Shown one piece after another: positions 31,633 through 46,960 of a stretch of 64,000 nucleotides of DNA (position 1 is its first letter; each line of letters starts with the position of its first letter). Position numbers and translations under genes: made by a program. The notes under the pieces are model-generated. The model searched no databases, was not told the DNA's origin, and worked only from the letters and a program-made list of their open reading frames with translations. This DNA is from the human T2T-CHM13v2.0 reference genome, Homo sapiens, in the NCBI RefSeq assembly GCF_009914755.1, contig NC_060926.1; one strand, given 5' to 3'.

Positions 31633-32788
31633 ACTAGTTAATTCCAAATAACTTACCCACATTGTGTAACTGCATTTGAAATGCATATCAGTCAGTGGAT
31701 TAAAACCTTTCCTGGCAAATCATAAACATCATATTGGGTATAAACTGCTACTCTCAGAAATCTTGGAACACCTCATCTTAGAGGCCCTTCTTCTCCTGTA
31801 AGGATCCCAGGAAACATTCAAACAAAAATCTTTTAATTATTTTCAGTACTAACAGACACCATCTAAAATACAGCTGAACATGGACCTAGAGAGATATTTT
31901 ATGCGTTTTCTAGGGTCACAAGAATTTACAGAAAACAGTAAGACACGTGCCCTTCACCATCTCTCAATTTTTCTGAAAGAGAATATATTTAATAGCCTGG
32001 CTTAATATTTAAAAATCTAGCATAACAGCCATCTTTTTGGAGTAATTTACCTGTTGAGCTTAGAAAGGGTTATGTGAATGTGAACGGTAATACAAAGTTG
32101 AAGTTTTCTATAAATGCAAAAGGAAACAAAGCATGGCTGGATTTTTAAAACATGAGATCTGGTGATACCAAACAATGAATTTCACTATACAAAGCTGAAG
32201 TTTGCCCTTGTGTTTCCGTTTCCCATGTTTCAATTTTATTAAATGTCCCCATGTTTTAATAAAAGGAGTCAAGTATTTTTAAAAGACCATTTAACTGATT
32301 ATCCCTGGGATTTAGTCAAGCCTCTTTTTCCTCAATCATTGGCCAACTGTTGATTGTTTTCACCTGACGCTGGCCATGCTTCTCCAAAATAAAATAAACC
32401 TGGGATTAAGCTCTAACAGTCACTACGAACTCCCTCTGATCAAGCAATAAATCAGTTGAAAGTGCATTACTGCTATGGTAGGATGCCGTATTAAATGCTG
32501 AGAGTGATAAAAATATAAGACATGCTCTTGTTTTCCAAGGAAATCAAAAGTCTAGTGGAAGAGCAGGACAAGTCTCTCATTTTTTTTTCCCTGAGACAAT
32601 GGAAATCTTGTCAAAAAGAACCTCAAAATCTTTTTTCACCCATTTACTTTGTACCTTGAAAGGCAAAACTATATTAGAAATTCTCATTCTACTTTCACTT
32701 GTGAGATCCTAAATTGACTCAATGGCCATTTTGATTAGCTGGGTGTGCCCGAGGCTGTGCTTGGCAGGAGGGATAAAAGATGAAAAAA

Positions 32789-33094
<306 letters not shown>

Positions 33095-34951
33095 GATGCA
33101 GTGTTGGTAATGAGGAGCAGAATAATGAGAAAGGTGAAAGAAAAAAAATTACAGACTAGCTTTAGAGGGAAGAGAACAGAGAAGACAGTGGGGAGGGACA
33201 GTGGCACTTGGCAGGGCTCAGAGGAGGAAACACCTCCATGGTATCACAAGTCCCCATATATAAACTGGGTGCCGTGGAAGCACAGGTAAGCCTTCCAGGA
33301 GGGAAGTGGGGCATGGGCAGAATAGAAAGGTCAAGAGTTTGCAAGGCAGAAAAGATGACAGGGAAGAGAAACCCCTACGGAGTGGGTGCATTCCAGGCAG
33401 AGGGAGGCTATGGGGCAAGGACAGGAACTGACAAACCATCCTCTGACGTTGGAGAGGTGGAGAGAAGTTCTCTGGGGCTGAAATAGGTGCATGTGGTGGC
33501 AGGAGAGCCGGGGGAGAAGAAGGGGACAGGAGGTGAGGCCAGACTGCGAGGTGACACCTGCTGTCAAGGTAGGAAATGACTGATTTACAACAGTGCCTCA
33601 TTTCTGCCAGAAAGCGATAATCAGCGTAGCCAGGCAAAAAAGTGAACTCTAAGTCCTTTAGAGGCAGCACCCAAGAAGTTACTGCCAAATCGTGAGCCAG
33701 CAAAGAGCACAGCATGAATTCAGGCAAGTAACTAAAAATACAAAGCACTTCAAGTGCCAAATGAGCAGTGCAAACAACAAATGACACAGGAAGGCAGGGG
33801 AAGAGGCGCTCTTAAATGGTGGCCAGGGACGGAACAGACTGAGCCAGGCCTCGCCTCCCATGTAAGGCGGCCAGCGTGACTCAAAGGGCCACGAGAAAGA
33901 AATAAAAAACATTATTCATAACCTACTCCCCCACAACTTTTGGCAGGGGTGTCTGATTTATACAATAGTTTTTTCCTGGGCATATGTCTAGTTGAAAGTT
34001 TTCTCTTTTTTGGGGTAAGCCTATCTTTATCAACCAATATCCCTCCCATTAGTTTGCTATATGGCTCTGAGTAAACCCCTTAGCTGCCAGGCCTTAGTTT
34101 TCCAATACCTTTAAAGCACACACCACAAAGCCAACGTGCAGATCAAATATGTCCTAGACATGCACTTTGAAAAGCATGAAACGCCAGTAGCCTCTCAAAT
34201 GTCCAGAAACAAGTCCTTCCTCAAGATCTTGCCCCCGAGGTCCTGAACTAGACAGCCATCTTCTTTCCGCTTGACAGCTGCATGTGGGACCCGCAGGTCT
34301 CTCTGCATCAGTCCTCCCCTGCCAACCTCCACCCTATCCCACTGCCCTCAGTGAGATCTGTAGGAGAAAGCTGAAAAAGGAGTTCACCGTGCCCCTCCTC
34401 TGCATGTTTTCCATCAGTGCCGTCCATGGGAGCCCACTCCCTCCCCACCAAAGTCCATTCCCCACCACTGTCCTTCACATACCTGGACATCAGCCACACC
34501 AGAATTACTTGTAGTTCCATCAACAGGGCACCTTTATGGGATCCTTCAGCCTACCTTTTGTCTGGCATACCAACTGTCATCGTGGTCAAGTTTTATTTCT
34601 CATTCCCACCTGCACCTCACATCCTCCCAAGCTTGTCCAACTAGGTTCTTATTCAACCCACAGATGACTCAATTCATGCTTCTCACCTTCTGAGAAGACT
34701 GTCCCATCCTGCTACCACAACACAGGGGCCTAGACAAAGTTCAGTGCCCTCACCCCCATACTCAGTCACTTTCCTGTATACCTCAACCACAGTGACTTGA
34801 TCTATTTATTTATAATAATTTGACTCTTCAACAAGAATGTGAGCACCTTTAAATCGGATATTCTGGGGATTTTTTGCCCAAGTGCTTCCCCAGAGCCTAA
34901 CACAACACCTAGTGTATTACAGACACTAGATACACAAATAAATGTTGATTA

Positions 34952-35296
34952 TATATGTCCATAATCCTTTTTCAAAACTCTCAAGGTTAGATGCATTTGC
35001 CAAATTTGGAACTTTTTACATTTTATAAAGGTAATAGCATACCCTATATTTTATGTAACATCCCCAGCAAAGTCTAAGGAGTATCCCCATGATCAAATAT
35101 ATTTCTTCAGCAAAATATATGACCAGTCACACTAGATGGAATAAATAAAGGTTATACACTGACACACGTCCATTCAGGTCATGTTTGACTATCACATGAG
35201 TTCAGGTCAAGTGTTCTGTCAAATAAGTTATGAAAAAGCTTTCGAGTTTCAAAGTTTTGGGGACTTCTCAGTTGCAGATAAGAAACTGTGGACCTG
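34952..35296. mobile_element. Probable Tigger-family DNA transposon relic
   Basis: Terminal sequences gtccataatcctt / gataagaaactgtggacctg are roughly inverted and Tigger-like. Confidence 0.55.
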
Positions 35297-38200
35297 GCTA
35301 TGCTTTGAATTAGCCAAAGGTAAGGGAAAGAGGAACTGATGGGAAGTTAGAGCCATGAGAATTCCATCCTTCCTTTCCTTCAAAAGAAATTGAGGGTCAC
35401 ATTGGAAAAAGTACTTTTCAAGTTCACAGCTAATTAATGGCAAAGTTAAACTAGAATCCAATTTTCTGTTTATATTCTAGAATTCTCCCTTACAAGCCAC
35501 CCATGGGATAATGAAAGACATTTCTCTCTCTCCTTGCATCTCATGCCACAGTGTGCCTACTTCTCATTACAAACTCTCTTCATAATCCTCCAACTTGGGT
35601 AGTCACATCAGATATCCAGGTAATGAGGACAGAGTCTCTGGCATGTATATCCATACAAAGAGCTATTTTTAACAATTAACTCCTACAGAAGCGCTGAAAT
35701 CCTTCAGAGGACAGAGCATTAGAAGTAAAGCTATTTTAGAGAGGGAAAAAAAGAAAATGGCCCATATTTGGCATCTGAGAGCACTATAAGTGAATACAGT
35801 GTTTCCTTCAGGTGTGGCACGTGAGAAAATTTGATGTGGTTCATGGACTAAACTTTTTCATCTCATTAGTTACATATTTATTTTCATAGTTATCTTCCAT
35901 TTTATGCCATGTGATACTGGTTTTCCATTTCCAGCAGTGATAATAATTTCCTTTCAAAACAAAATTAACTTTGAAAAGAGTTAGCCAATTTGAAGGAAAA
36001 GATTCTGTAAATGATGGCACAAAGTAGCATTTGGATATGGAAAAAAATGATGAGGGCAGTATGAATGAATTGGGAAACACTGAGTTCACAGAAAGGCATC
36101 ATTCTTCCTGGTGAGACATGATTCAAAAAGGTATATCCAATATTTGGGTTACTTCACCTAACATACCTCACAAGAGGGCTTCGAGATATTTCTCATGCCA
36201 CGGCACAGATAAAACATGACTAATGAATAAATGGATGAGGCTGTTCATGGCAGAGGGGATGACAGCCCGAGTTCTGGCCGCTTGGCCCGGCCACACTGCC
36301 AGAGGGTTATGAGAATCAGTACCTCAGGCATTCCTGTAACTCATGGCAGGCACTTCTTCCTGAAAACAGGAGTTGGAAAGACAGCCTTGTCCCATGCTGG
36401 GTAAAGTACATGCTGTGACAGCTGTGTCCTGCCCCTCTAGCCCATTGTAATTCATGGGCTTACGGAGCCATGTACATTACTCAAAGTCCAAACTAATTGC
36501 ATTCTCAGGAATCTGTTAAAATTATAAAATTAATTTCTATTGTTGGAATTCTCATCGATGTAACACAGCAAAAGTAAATGGTTTATAGATTACTGTGTAG
36601 TTGGACCCTACTAAAAGCATGTGTCAATATTACTGTAAGTTGTCAAAGGAGAGGGCAAAAAGCCTAGAGATGCTGCATGGCTATTCCCTGGGTTAAACTA
36701 TGAACAAGACAGCCTTAGAGCTTGCATACCTCCAAAATCGAGAAAGAGAGGAGCACCACAAGAGTTCCAAACATTTGGTAGCTATGAAGAAAGGCTTCTT
36801 CAGAAAAATGTATCATTCACTGAATGTTGTGGCTGTTACAAGGTTTAGGATACAGATATTTCTCTTGGTGAAAGACTGCTTTTAGAAGTGTGTCAAGGAA
36901 AAGAGACTACTAGTCAGTAAACAGCAGCCAATAAAGTTTTGCAGCCTTCAACTTATTTTGTCATGAGGTTAGTTGACTACTCTCCTCTGTTCTGGATCTC
37001 TAAATCAGGGACATGAAATTCCAGGAAGTCAGGGGGAAAATAATTCTTCCCTCCCACCCCACCTCCATATTCCTGCCCCCAGTCATTGTCCTAAATGTTA
37101 AAACAAACAAAAAAACTGAAATTAATGAATACAAAAAATTGGCCCTAATATGATTTATCCTCTTATGCAAACCTTAATACACACAAAAGTAGGTAATTAA
37201 CGTCATGAAACATGTTGGATATTGAGTTGCTGACAAAAATAGGAGTTGTCATGGTTTCCATACACAAGCCCCATTGCACTTAGGAGCAGAAGCACAAGCA
37301 GCTCCCTGGCTGACTCAAAGATTCATTAGAAGAGGTTCTTTTTTCAAAGTAAGTGCACCAAATATAAGCTTATTCTAACAAGTATGTCCTAGTCCCCACC
37401 CCATAAGAGGCACAACTTGGTCAGCAAGGATTTTTCTACAAGATACAAATGGTTTTTGACACATTTTAACCCTGGATTCCATCACAAAATAATCAAAGCC
37501 AGTAACAGTGAAACAAGAGTATGTCCACAGAGCCTTCCTGTGGGCAGTGAAGAGGGGAAACAAATGTACTAGGGCCAAGAGGTAGCAAAACAAGAGGCAG
37601 AAGACGGCCACTGTGATCTGCAAGCTCCTGGGTGGCCTTCATCACCCATTTTCCGTGGAAAGGAAACCATACCAAAGCACTTTCTATATGCCAGACACAC
37701 ATGAGATGCTTTACATATACGATCTCATTTAATCACCATAACCCTTTAAAGTAGATATTATTATTTTTTAAATAACGAAACTGATGTAAGTCATCGAGTC
37801 AGAGAGTATGACGTCAGACTCTGGAATGTTAGTGATTCCACTTCACTGCCTCCCACAGACCCAGCACAAACCCCACACAGCTCCGGAGTGCACTCTTCAC
37901 ACAGACTTCTGTATGCAGTGCAATGGCCCTAAGAGAACCACAGCAAGGAAGACAGAAGCACATCATGCTAATGTATCCAACCAAATTGGTGTTTGTCTAT
38001 TCAATCTGGGTACACCGTCTTTTTTCAAAAACTCTCGTGTGTATTTGGCTGGGAGCCTCGGCATCACATTTTCTTACCCTAGAACTACTAAATCAGAAAT
38101 GCTGGGGCTGGGCCCCGGGAATCTGTGTCTTCAGTACTCTAGGTGACTGTGATGCACATTCCAGTTTAAAAACTATCGATCCGAGTGAACCCCTGCCTTA

Positions 38201-41200
38201 AGTTCATATGGAAAATTCACACAGGGAAGGTAAGAAAGCCGTTTTCTTTCCTACCAATTCCAAATTCAATGTCAAATTAAACACCAAAAGTAAATTCCAA
38301 AGGACACTATTGAGAAATGCTCAGATGCAAAAATGGACTTAACTCTCATTTCCTGTAAAGAAACAGCATGAGGTTTATTATTAGTAGCAAATAAATGTAA
38401 AATTCCAATAAAAAATATAAAAATGCAACATATTTTTATGCTCATGGTTCACTTGAGGATCATATTACTCCAAGAGATCTATCTGGTCATCAATTTTTAT
38501 AATGCATTCAGAAACTCAAAGGATGTATCATTATAATGACCTTCCTCACAGAAGATATTCATATATTTAAATGAGATACATTTTATATGCAATAATTTCA
38601 AAAATATATATTCTTTTAATGACAGTTCCTAAAGCTGCTAAGAAAATGAAATAGGCACATCACACCCTAGGGTATGGGGGATATTGTAAATTAGTACAGC
38701 TTTTATGAAAAGCAACTTGGCAATATGTGTCAAGCCATAAAAACATCCACATTCTTTGACCTATTAAGTCTACTTATTTTCAGATTAAGAATCATTTCCC
38801 TGAACGAAATCATCATGTGCACAAAAATGTCTACAATAGGCCCCAAATGGTGGAAACAGGATATCTAACAATATGGAAATGGTTAAGCTAATAAGATGTC
38901 ATGTGACCATTTAAAATAAAAACAGCCTATTAAGCAAGATTAAAAAAAATACGAATAAAAAAGATGATACGGAATTATATCTATATATGATTACAACTAA
39001 GTTTTAAAAATGGGTGCATACAGAAGTAGAAAAAGATGTGAATGTTAAAATTTGAAGGCACAATTTCTCCTACTCATTTTTTTTCTGTTTTGGGAGAGTA
39101 ATAATTAAAAGACTAACAGTAGTAAAACAGGTTTGCAAGCAGCATTGAATACTTTCAGGTTTAAGTTTAGATAAACTGATTTGTGTGTGGGGGGGTGTAC
39201 ATTGTGTGTATACACACGTGAATGTTCATAGAAGAGGGAACAGAGAACAAAAGAGAAAATATCAAATTAGTCATTGCCAAAGGACAGTGGCTGATTTTAA
39301 ATGAGACAGGAGATACCCTTATCTCCCCTCTAAAAAAATCAAACCACATTACAGCACAGAAGCTCAACCCACAACATTCTGGGAACCAGTTAACAGTCTT
39401 GGTGATGATGCAAGGGAGAGATCAATAAATTAGAAAACAATCAAAACATTCTCCCTTCCTCTACCTTCCTTTTTTTTCTTTTTCTTCCAAAAATAATGTT
39501 AAACACAGGAACTACCAAGCAAGCCACCATTTGTTGAGCTAAATTTTAAACTGATGACTCTGACTTCCAACTGACTACTATTAATCACAGCTGATCTTTA
39601 AAAGCCACTTGGGTTTATGCCTGCAACACAGGGAACGGGTTTGCAACACGAGTTCTTACAAAGCCTGAATCCCAAGTCTCTGCTGAGCAGGCCTGCTTGG
39701 CTCAGCTCTGGCACCCCCACAGCTGGAAATGCTACTGTCTAGCTATGGAATGCCAACTTCCTCTTCATTTGGGGCAAGTTCCACATCATACAGTTTATTT
39801 GGACACCAATCCTTCTCTAAATTGTTTGTTAAGATAAACTAATCAGAATTAAAATTTTCAGTTCGAAGGTGTTTAAGAATGATTGGGGAGGGGGTGAGGA
39901 AATGAAGCTGACGTGCAATTTCAGGCAAAGTTCAGAACTTTATAAATCTGCAAAACAATTTCTCTGTTGCAAACAATTCTCAAGGGGCATCAAGGGCAGA
40001 AACTGCAAGGCAGCAGCTCCCAGTGGTTGAGAAACAATTACCAAGAAAACGTTCATGATTCCATTAAAAAAAAAAAACAACTTTAAAAAGAACTGTCAAT
40101 TTACAATCCATGTATGTTTAATCTGAACACCTACTTTGATACCCTCAGAAGGTTTGTTCAAAGCAGATCCACTCTGCTATTAGGAAAAAAAACCACCTAA
40201 AGGCATGCCAATTTTAATTATTGTACACTAAAACTATATAAATTACCCCAATTCCACTACCTCACAGAAAGTCCTCATCTCTGGCTGTGCTATTCATGAA
40301 AATTATGATTGCCCACAAACCTCAATCCTTAGGAGAAAACATCAGTGGAATGTGGAATGGAAACAGCTATTAGAGACTTCATGCATTATTTCTTCTAATC
40401 CAGGACTCCAATGGGTCACAGGAGGCTAAAATGTAAAGCATCTTTTGGAAATGAACATTAATCTAAATATATGGCATTTTCTTCTGTTTTCCTGGAATAG
40501 TTTCAGACACATGCTCTGTGAAATAAGATTTTCAGTTGTGAAGATATGAAGAGGTTCATCTAGTTAATTCAAGGGATTCTGCTATAAAAACCACTTTGTG
40601 GGTAGTTGGGGCATGCCCAATTTGAAAGAGTATACTTAGTGCTTTCAGAATACAATGTACTTAAAGTAAAGTTCAACAGTATATTTGTGGCTGATTTGGG
40701 TACATGAAAGGCAAGGGTGAGAGCGCACTGTGGGGGACATAGGTTAAAAATGATTGACAAGTGCTTCTTTAACTGCTAAGGCATCACCATTTAATAAAAC
40801 TACTTATAAACAGATCAACATAGGCCATCTATCCAGGGCTTCCTGCATTTAAATTTGACTCTTTCAGTAGGTACAGTCTGCTCATTATAAATAAGTGACT
40901 TCTGAGTGCAAAAACTGAGACTTTTCTCAACAATCCAAACTTAACAAGTCAAAATACCTAGAAAATAGCAGAATTCACCCTCAGATTCACTTGATCATTC
41001 TCCTCAAGTTAAAACTCCCTTGTGAGAAGAACAAAAAAGGAAGGAGGGTGGGAAGAAAGGTAAAACAGGAAGCTGGAGAAAGACAAGAATGAAATACGGA
41101 CCAGTCCACCTACTATCCCTGGTGTCTACAGGCACGATCAGGGGGCTCTGAAAACAGGCCTGCCCCACTCACCTCTAGGGCCCAAGCATGCCATCTGGAG

Positions 41201-44200
41201 GTCTGAAGAAAGGCTTCCGCCACCAAGAGTCACCACTTGCAGTGCCTAAGCACAATTTCGAAGGGTCTAGGGATCAACTTGCTCCACCCACCACAGCCTG
41301 CACCCATGTGCACCAATGGGAGGCCTGAGGACAGGTTCATCCCGCCCAGTGCTGCCCCTGTCAGGGCCCATGTGCATCATCTGGGTGCCTAGGGATTGTC
41401 TGCTCAGCCTGCTGCCACCACTGGTGTGTGTGTATACCTTCTGGGGGATTGAGGATGAGCCCGCCCAGCCTGCTAGCACCCGCACACACATCATCTGACA
41501 GCCTAGGGAATGACCTGCCCTGCTGGTCACCACTGGAGCCTGAGCATGCCTCCTGGGGACCTGAGGACTGGCCTTCCCAGTAGGCTGGTACCCAAGCTTG
41601 CTGCCTGGAGGCCCAATGGCTGGCCCATTCCACTACTGTCATCATCAATGCCACACAAGCCACCCAGAAGCCTGATGATGAGCCTGTCTACCACCGCTGC
41701 CATTGCTGGCCCTTGAGCAAGATGCCTGGAGACACAAGGATGAGTCCATTGCATTCGATTCCATTGGTGCTCACATATGCCATCCAGGAGCAGAGGACCA
41801 GCATGCCTGGCTTGCCGCCACAACCACTTGTGCCCAAGGACCAGTCTTCCTGGCATCCCTATCCCAAGAAAACCCTCACCACAGCCTCCATTAATTTCAG
41901 CCTAAACCAAAAAGGACTCACAGACACCACTGATGCCAATTACAGCTGAAGTAATCATATGGATACTACACTAGTGAACACACCCAGAATCAAAACCAAA
42001 GCGCCCTACCAACCCAATATAGGAGACAGTCTTTCCCTACAAAAACCAAACCATAAAATTGGGAGAAACAAAGGTTATACCAGATGTGCTGATATCAACG
42101 TAGAGACACAAAGAACATGAAAAAAACAAGGAAACATGACACAGTAAAGGAACACAATAAGTCTCCAGCAACAGATTCCAATGAAGAAAAAATAGGTAAA
42201 ATGCCCGAAAACAAATTCAAAATAATATTAAAGAAGCTCAGTGAGATATAAGAGAACACAAGTTAAAAATACACAAATAAATTGGAAAAACAATTCACGA
42301 TCTGTGGCAAATTAAAGAAATGGGTATCATTAAAAAAAAAAATCAAACAGAGGTTGGGGAAAAGATGGCAGATAGGAGGCCTGACTAAATTGCAGCTCCC
42401 ACTTAGATGGACAGAGCAACGTGTGGAGACTCGCACCATAAACCTTTGCTCCAATAACTACTCCAGGAATATACCAGGAAAGCTGAAAGAATCAACGGAC
42501 CCTTTGAAGGAAGTGGACTGCTCCTGCAGGACCTGGGAGACAGTCCAAATACTCTGAGTGCCCAAACTGTGAAAGTGGGAAAGGAGGACTGACTGTCCAC
42601 CCCCAAACACACACCCTCACTGGGGAACCTGAAGGTCCAGATTATGGAAGAAGGATTTGACCTTACCTGGAGCTGAGACAATTTAGAGAGCTGAATGAAA
42701 TACAGGGGCACAGGAAGCAGCAGGAAATGCCCTATGGGCTCTCTTGGTCCCTGGGGAAGCCATTTCTGACTTGTCTTACAGCGGTCCTTGGGAAGGGCTG
42801 CCGGAGGAACTGGGAAAAGACCACGGGGAGATGGAAACCTCCAGCTGAACTGTGTAAAAATTCTAACCGAATGCAAAGTTTCCTTGCCCGAACTCAGGGG
42901 AGGGCAGGAATCCGGTGTCCAGACTCGACAGGTGGGAAGGCGTGCAAGCCCTGCTTGCTTTCTCAGCTGGGAAGCTGGTAGCCTGGAGCAATTCTCAGCC
43001 CTGCTGGCCCACTGCCTGGAAACAAACTTGGTGCTGTTGAGGGGGTGGGGAGCACAGTGGGAGTGAGACAGGCCTTTTGGGTTGTGTGGGAACTGGGTAA
43101 GGCCTATAACTGCTGGCTTTCCCCTACTTCCCTGACAACATGCATGACACAGCAGAGGCAGCCATAATGCTGGGAACATAACTCCACTGACATGGAAACC
43201 ACAACCCCATTCCCCACAGCAGCCACAGCAAGCCCCACCCAAGGAGAGTCTGAGCTCTGTCACGCCTAACCCTGCCCCTACCTGATGGTCTTTCTCTACT
43301 CATCCTGGTAGCTGAAGATAAAGGTCATATTCTCTTGGGAGTTCTATGGCCCTGCCCACCACCTGATCCTCCCCTATACTACCACAGCTAATGCTCTCTT
43401 GAAAGCGCCACCTCCTGGCAGGAAGCCAACCTGCACAAAACTAGCACATCAAACGACTACAACTAAAGACCCTCACAGAGTCCATTTCATTCCCCTGCCA
43501 TATCCACCAGAGCAGGTGCCGGTATCCATGGCTGAGAGACCTGAAGACAGTTCACATCACAGGACTCTGTGCAGACACCCCCCAATACCACCTGGATACT
43601 GGTAGCCCTGTGTGGGTGGCTAGATCCAGAAGAGAAATAATAATCACTACAGTTTGGCTCTCAGAAAGCCACATCCCTAGGAAAAGGGGAAGAGTACTAC
43701 TACATAAAGAGAGCACCCTGTGGGACAAAAGAATCTGAACAGCAGCCTTGAGCCCCAGACCTTCCCTCTGACATAGCCTATCCAAATGAGAAGGAATCAG
43801 AAAAACAATTCTAGTAATATGACAAAACAAGGTTCTTTAACAACCTCCAAAAATCACACTAGCTCACCCGCACTGGATCCAAACCAAGAAGAAGAAATTC
43901 CTGAATTGCCAGAAAAAGAATTCAGAAGGTCGTTTATTAAGCTAATCAAGGAGGCACCAGAGAAAGGTGAAGTCCAAATTAAGGAAATCCAAAAAATGAT
44001 TCAAGACCTATCAGATTAACAGCAGATTTCTCAGCAGAGACCCCACAAGCTAGAAGGGATTGGGGCCCTATCTTCAGCCTCCTTAAACAAAACAATTATG
44101 AGCCAAGAATTTTGTATCCCTTGAAACGAAGATTGATAAATGAAGGAAAGATTCGGTCTTTTTCAGATAAACAAATGCTAACAGAATTCGCCACTACCAA

Positions 44201-44681
44201 GCCAGTACTAACAAGAACTGCTAAAAGGAGCTCTAAATCTTGAAACAAATCCTGGAAACATATCAAAACGGAACCTCTTTAAAGCATGAATCTCACAGGA
44301 CCTATAAAACAAAAAAATACCATAAATACATTTTGAAAAAACCAAGGTATTCAGGCAACAGATAGCATGATGAATAGGAATAGCATCTCATATCTCAATA
44401 CTAACCTTGAATGTAAATGGCCTAAATGCTCCACTGAAAAGATACAGAATTGCAAAATAGATAAGAATTCACCAAGCAACTATCTGCTGCCTTCAAGAGA
44501 CTCACCTAACACATAAGGACTCAAATAAACTTAAGGTAAATGGGGTTGAAAAGATATTCCATGCAAATGGACACCAATAGCAAGCAGAGGTAGCTATTCT
44601 TGTATCAGACAAAACAAACTTTAAAGCAACATCATTTAAAAAAGACAAGAGGAACACTAAATAAAGATAAAAGGCCTTGAC

Positions 44682-44990
<309 letters not shown>

Positions 44991-46960
44991 CTATCACAAT
45001 CCTAAATATATATGCACCTAACACTGGAGCTAGTAAATTTATAGAACAATTATTACTAGACCTAAGAAATGAGATAGAGAGCAACACAATAATAATGGGG
45101 GACTTCAATACTTCTCTGATAGCACTAGATAGGTCAAGACAGAAAGACAAGAAAGAAACAATGGATTTAAACTATACCCTAGAACAAATGGACTTAACAG
45201 ATATTTACAGAACATTCTACTGAACAACCACAGAATATACATTCTATTTATCAATGCAGGGAAATTTCTCCAAGATAGACCATATGATAGGCCACAAAAC
45301 AAGTCTCAATAAACTTAAGAAAACTGAAATTACATCAAGTATTCTCTCAGACCACAGTGAAATAAAATTGGAAATCAACTCCAAAAGGAACCTTCAAAAC
45401 CATGCAAATAGATGGAAATTAAATCTCCTGCTCCTCAATGATCACTGGGTCAACAATGAAATCAAGATGGAAATTAAACATTTCTTTGAACTGAATGATA
45501 ATAGTGACACAACCTAACAAAACCTCTGGAATACAGCAAAGGTAGTGCTAAGAGGAAAGTTCATAGCCTTAAAATGCATACATCAAAACATCTGAAAGAG
45601 CACAAACAGGCAACCTAAGGCCACACCTCAAGGAACTAGAGAAATAAGAATAAACCAAACTCATACGCAGCAGAAGAAAAGAAATAACCAAGATCAGAGC
45701 AGAACTAAATGAAATCGAAACAAAAAATACAAAAGATAAATGAAACACAAAGCTGGTTCTCTGAAAAGATAAATAAAAGTGATAGGCCATTAGCAAGATT
45801 AACCAAGAAAAGAAGAGAGAAGATCTAAATAAGCTCAATTAGAAACGAAATGGGAAATATTACAACCAACACCACAGAAATACAAAAGATCATTCAAGGC
45901 TACTATGAATACCTTAACGTGCATAAACTAGAAAACCTAGAGGAGATAGATAAATTCCTGGAAATATACAACCCTCCTAGCTTAAACCAGGAAGAATTAG
46001 AAACTCTGAACAAACCAATAACAAGCAGCAAGCCTGAAATGGTAATTTAAAAAATTACCAATGAAAAAAAAGTCCAGGACCAGATGAATTCACAGCCGAA
46101 TTCTATCAGACATTCAAAGAAGAATTGGTACCAATCTTACTGACAATATTCTGCAAGATAGAGAAAGAGGGAATCTTCCCTAAATCATTCTATAAAGCCA
46201 GTATCACCCTAATACCAAAACCAGGAAAGAACATAACAAAAAAAGAAAAGTACAGACCAATATCCGTGATGAACATAGATGCAAACATCCTTAACAAAAC
46301 ACTAGCTAACCAAGTCCCACACCATATCAAAAAAATAATCCACCATGATCAAGTGGGTTTCATACCAGGGATGCAGGGATGGTTTAGCATATGCAAGTCA
46401 ATAAATGTCATACACCACATAAACAGAAATAAAAACAAAAATCACATGATCATCTCAACAGATGCAGAAAAAGCATTTGATAAAATCCAGCATCCCTTTA
46501 TGATTAAAACCCTTAGCAAAACTGGCATACAAGGGACATACCTCAATGTAATAAAAGTCATCTATGACAAATCTACAGCCAACATTATACTGAACAGGGA
46601 AAAAGTTGAAAGCATTCCCTCTGAGAATTGTAACAGGATAAGGATGTCCACTCTCACCACTTCTATTCAACATAATACTGGAAGTCCTAGCCAGAGCAAT
46701 CAGACAAGACAAAGAAATAAAGGGCATGTGAACTGGTAAAGAGGAGGTCTAACTGTCGCTGTTTGCTGATGATATAACCGTATACCTAGAAAACCCTAAA
46801 GACTCCTCCAAAAAGCTCCTATAACTGATAAAAGAACTTACCAAAGTTTCTGGGTGCAAAATTAATGTACACAGATCAATAGTTCTGCTATACACCAACA
46901 GCAACCAAGCTAAGAATCAAATCAAGAACTCAATCCCTTTTACAACAGCTGCAAATAATA

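Noticed and set aside
33218-33787. 189-aa minus-strand ORF
   Set aside because: Low-complexity pyrimidine-rich intron sequence with no domain or convincing splice signals.
41140-41830. Spaced direct repeats resembling a CRISPR-like array
   Set aside because: Degenerate, irregularly spaced monomers of an old L1 5'UTR in mammalian DNA, with no cas-like genes.
42403-43263. 286-aa minus-strand ORF, the longest in the window, considered as an ORF0-like antisense L1 product
   Set aside because: Lies wholly in the GC-rich L1PB 5'UTR where stops are scarce. No recognisable similarity to primate L1 ORF0.
46125-46739. 204-aa RT-like ORF
   Set aside because: Frameshifted piece of the nested L1PB ORF2.
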